Below, in pieces: positions 62,375 through 64,000 of a DNA stretch of 64,000 nt; the first letter of the stretch is position 1; every line of letters starts with the position of its first letter. The position numbers and the translations under genes are program-made. The stretch lies in assembly GCF_009914755.1 (NCBI RefSeq), contig NC_060941.1. The stretch is one strand, 5' to 3'. The DNA is from the human T2T-CHM13v2.0 reference genome, Homo sapiens. The notes beneath the pieces were generated by a model. That model did not search any database, was not told the origin of the DNA, and saw only the letters and a program-made list of their open reading frames with translations.

Positions 62375-64000
62375 CTACATATATAATCTACAGGCCTAAA
62401 GCAGAGTTCATAAAATCTGACAGGTAAAGACACTCTACTTTTCTTTCCTTCCCTTGCCAAAGTAAAAATTCATAAAGCACTCAAATCTATAGCCCCAATA
62501 GCAGTTTATAATAAAAATCTCAGAAGACAATTGAAATTGTATTAGATAAAATGTTCATAAGTATTTTTAAAAATCAAATATAACTACTATATAAACAAAC
62601 AGATAACTAAAATAAGCAACTGATATTGCCACTGATTCTACAAAGCACTTTATGGCTTGCATTAACCATGAAAATTTATACAAGGCTTTGCACGTGATTC
62701 AACTCTGGACACAGAACCCATTGAGATACGTTAATGTCCTAAAATACCCCTTTCACTACATAAGCTCTGAATAGGCTTAAAACAAGCACAGCCTATGGGT
62801 AGCACTGTAGAATTTGGAGCTAGATTTTACTGTCCCCACCAAGTTCCGCCAGCCATAGAGCAACAAATCAAAGTTCCAATAAGCACATTGCACCTGCAAG
62901 ACTTAGGTATGCTCCAAGTCAAATATTTGCAATTTTTTCATCCCAAATCTGCACAAATGAAAAAATGCAGATCGCAGTGCCAGACTTCTAAATCTTGTCA
63001 TAAGACAAAATGATCTGTAGTTTTACTCCAACATGCTCCATATCCTAACATGTATTGAGTCTCTAATATGATCATATGCCAGGAACTGCTAGGAGTTTAC
63101 ATACATTATCTCTAATCCTCATAACAAATTCCATTCTGCTGCTGAGGAAACTGAGGCCAGAGAGCTCAAAGTGACTTGTTCAATATCATAAGACCAGTAA
63201 ACAGTGGAGCGGGGGTTTTAAATCGAGTTATGCCTACCTCCAAAGCATCATCTATCTCCATGAGCCTTCTTCAGCTAAAGTCACTAAACGCAGCACCAGT
63301 TCACCTCTATCGAAGTAAATTCAAGTGCTGATTGTCAGAAATGATGACAACACCTGAGAAAAATATCACACCTAAAATGGTAGCACAAGACCTAAGACTT
63401 CACAACAAGGAGGTGTAGTTATGCCCTTTAGAATAACAAGTTTTAAAGGCTATGGTTCAAAATACAAGACAATCCACTTTTTTTTGTTGTTGTCTCTCAG
63501 CTGACTTTTTTATAACAAGGGAAATGAAATTCAAGAGTATAGTCACATTTTTTTGGTAAAATTATCTAAAACCCCTGAGAAAAGGGTGACTTCAAAAGTT
63601 CACATTCTAGTTTACCTCTTCGTTAGGCTTCAGACATTCAAAAACAAAATCACATCAGTAGCATTACTAATCAACTTTTTTTTTCTACAGACTTGAAAAG
63701 TATTTTCTTACCACACTACGAGATTACTTCCCATACTTAGAACAGAAATGGCAACAGTTCTGGGTGTCACGAATCAGATCTTGAGACCACAGCTGCAGAA
63801 AGTAGGTGCTGTTTCCCTTGAGTAGGAGCTGCTGATCTGAAACCTCCTAAGGGAAGGGTGTCTGAAGAAGAGTGTTGGAGAAACTAAAGCAAGCTGTTTG
63901 TATTAATGAGAGTGAACTGCTGGCACCACTACTCCTTAAGTGTTTCACTGCTATGCAATTGTTTTCCAGCTTCCAAGTTCTGAATCTGGCAGGGAGAGAA

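Overview
Primate (almost certainly human) genomic DNA, very Alu-dense (about 90 Alu elements or fragments by eye). It carries the complete coding region of ZNF652, a C2H2 zinc-finger repressor, on the minus strand: CDS = complement(join(3493..4004,16393..16537,17008..17123,17779..17926,21906..22805)), 1821 nt, 606 aa, all introns GT-AG. Bases 1-3492 are 3'UTR. Bases 23064-64000 are the large upstream intron; the first exon and promoter appear to lie beyond the window. That intron holds a near full-length Tigger1 nested in an MaLR element, an MSTB-like solo LTR, old L1/L2/MIR fragments, and a ~520-nt polyadenylated retrocopy, which I recognise as the lncRNA SNHG5, inserted inside an Alu in the sense orientation of ZNF652. 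Most interesting observations: (1) that retrocopy; (2) exons 4+5 (261 nt, phase 1-1, flanked by inverted Alus) would form a circRNA with a stop-free ORF encoding three whole zinc fingers per turn; (3) three uORFs tile the 5'UTR, the last ending in an ATGA stop/start overlap with the main ATG; (4) candidate intronic polyA sites; (5) several small rearrangement scars. Gene and repeat-family names come from recognition, not from database searches; exon numbers assume one non-coding exon upstream of the window.
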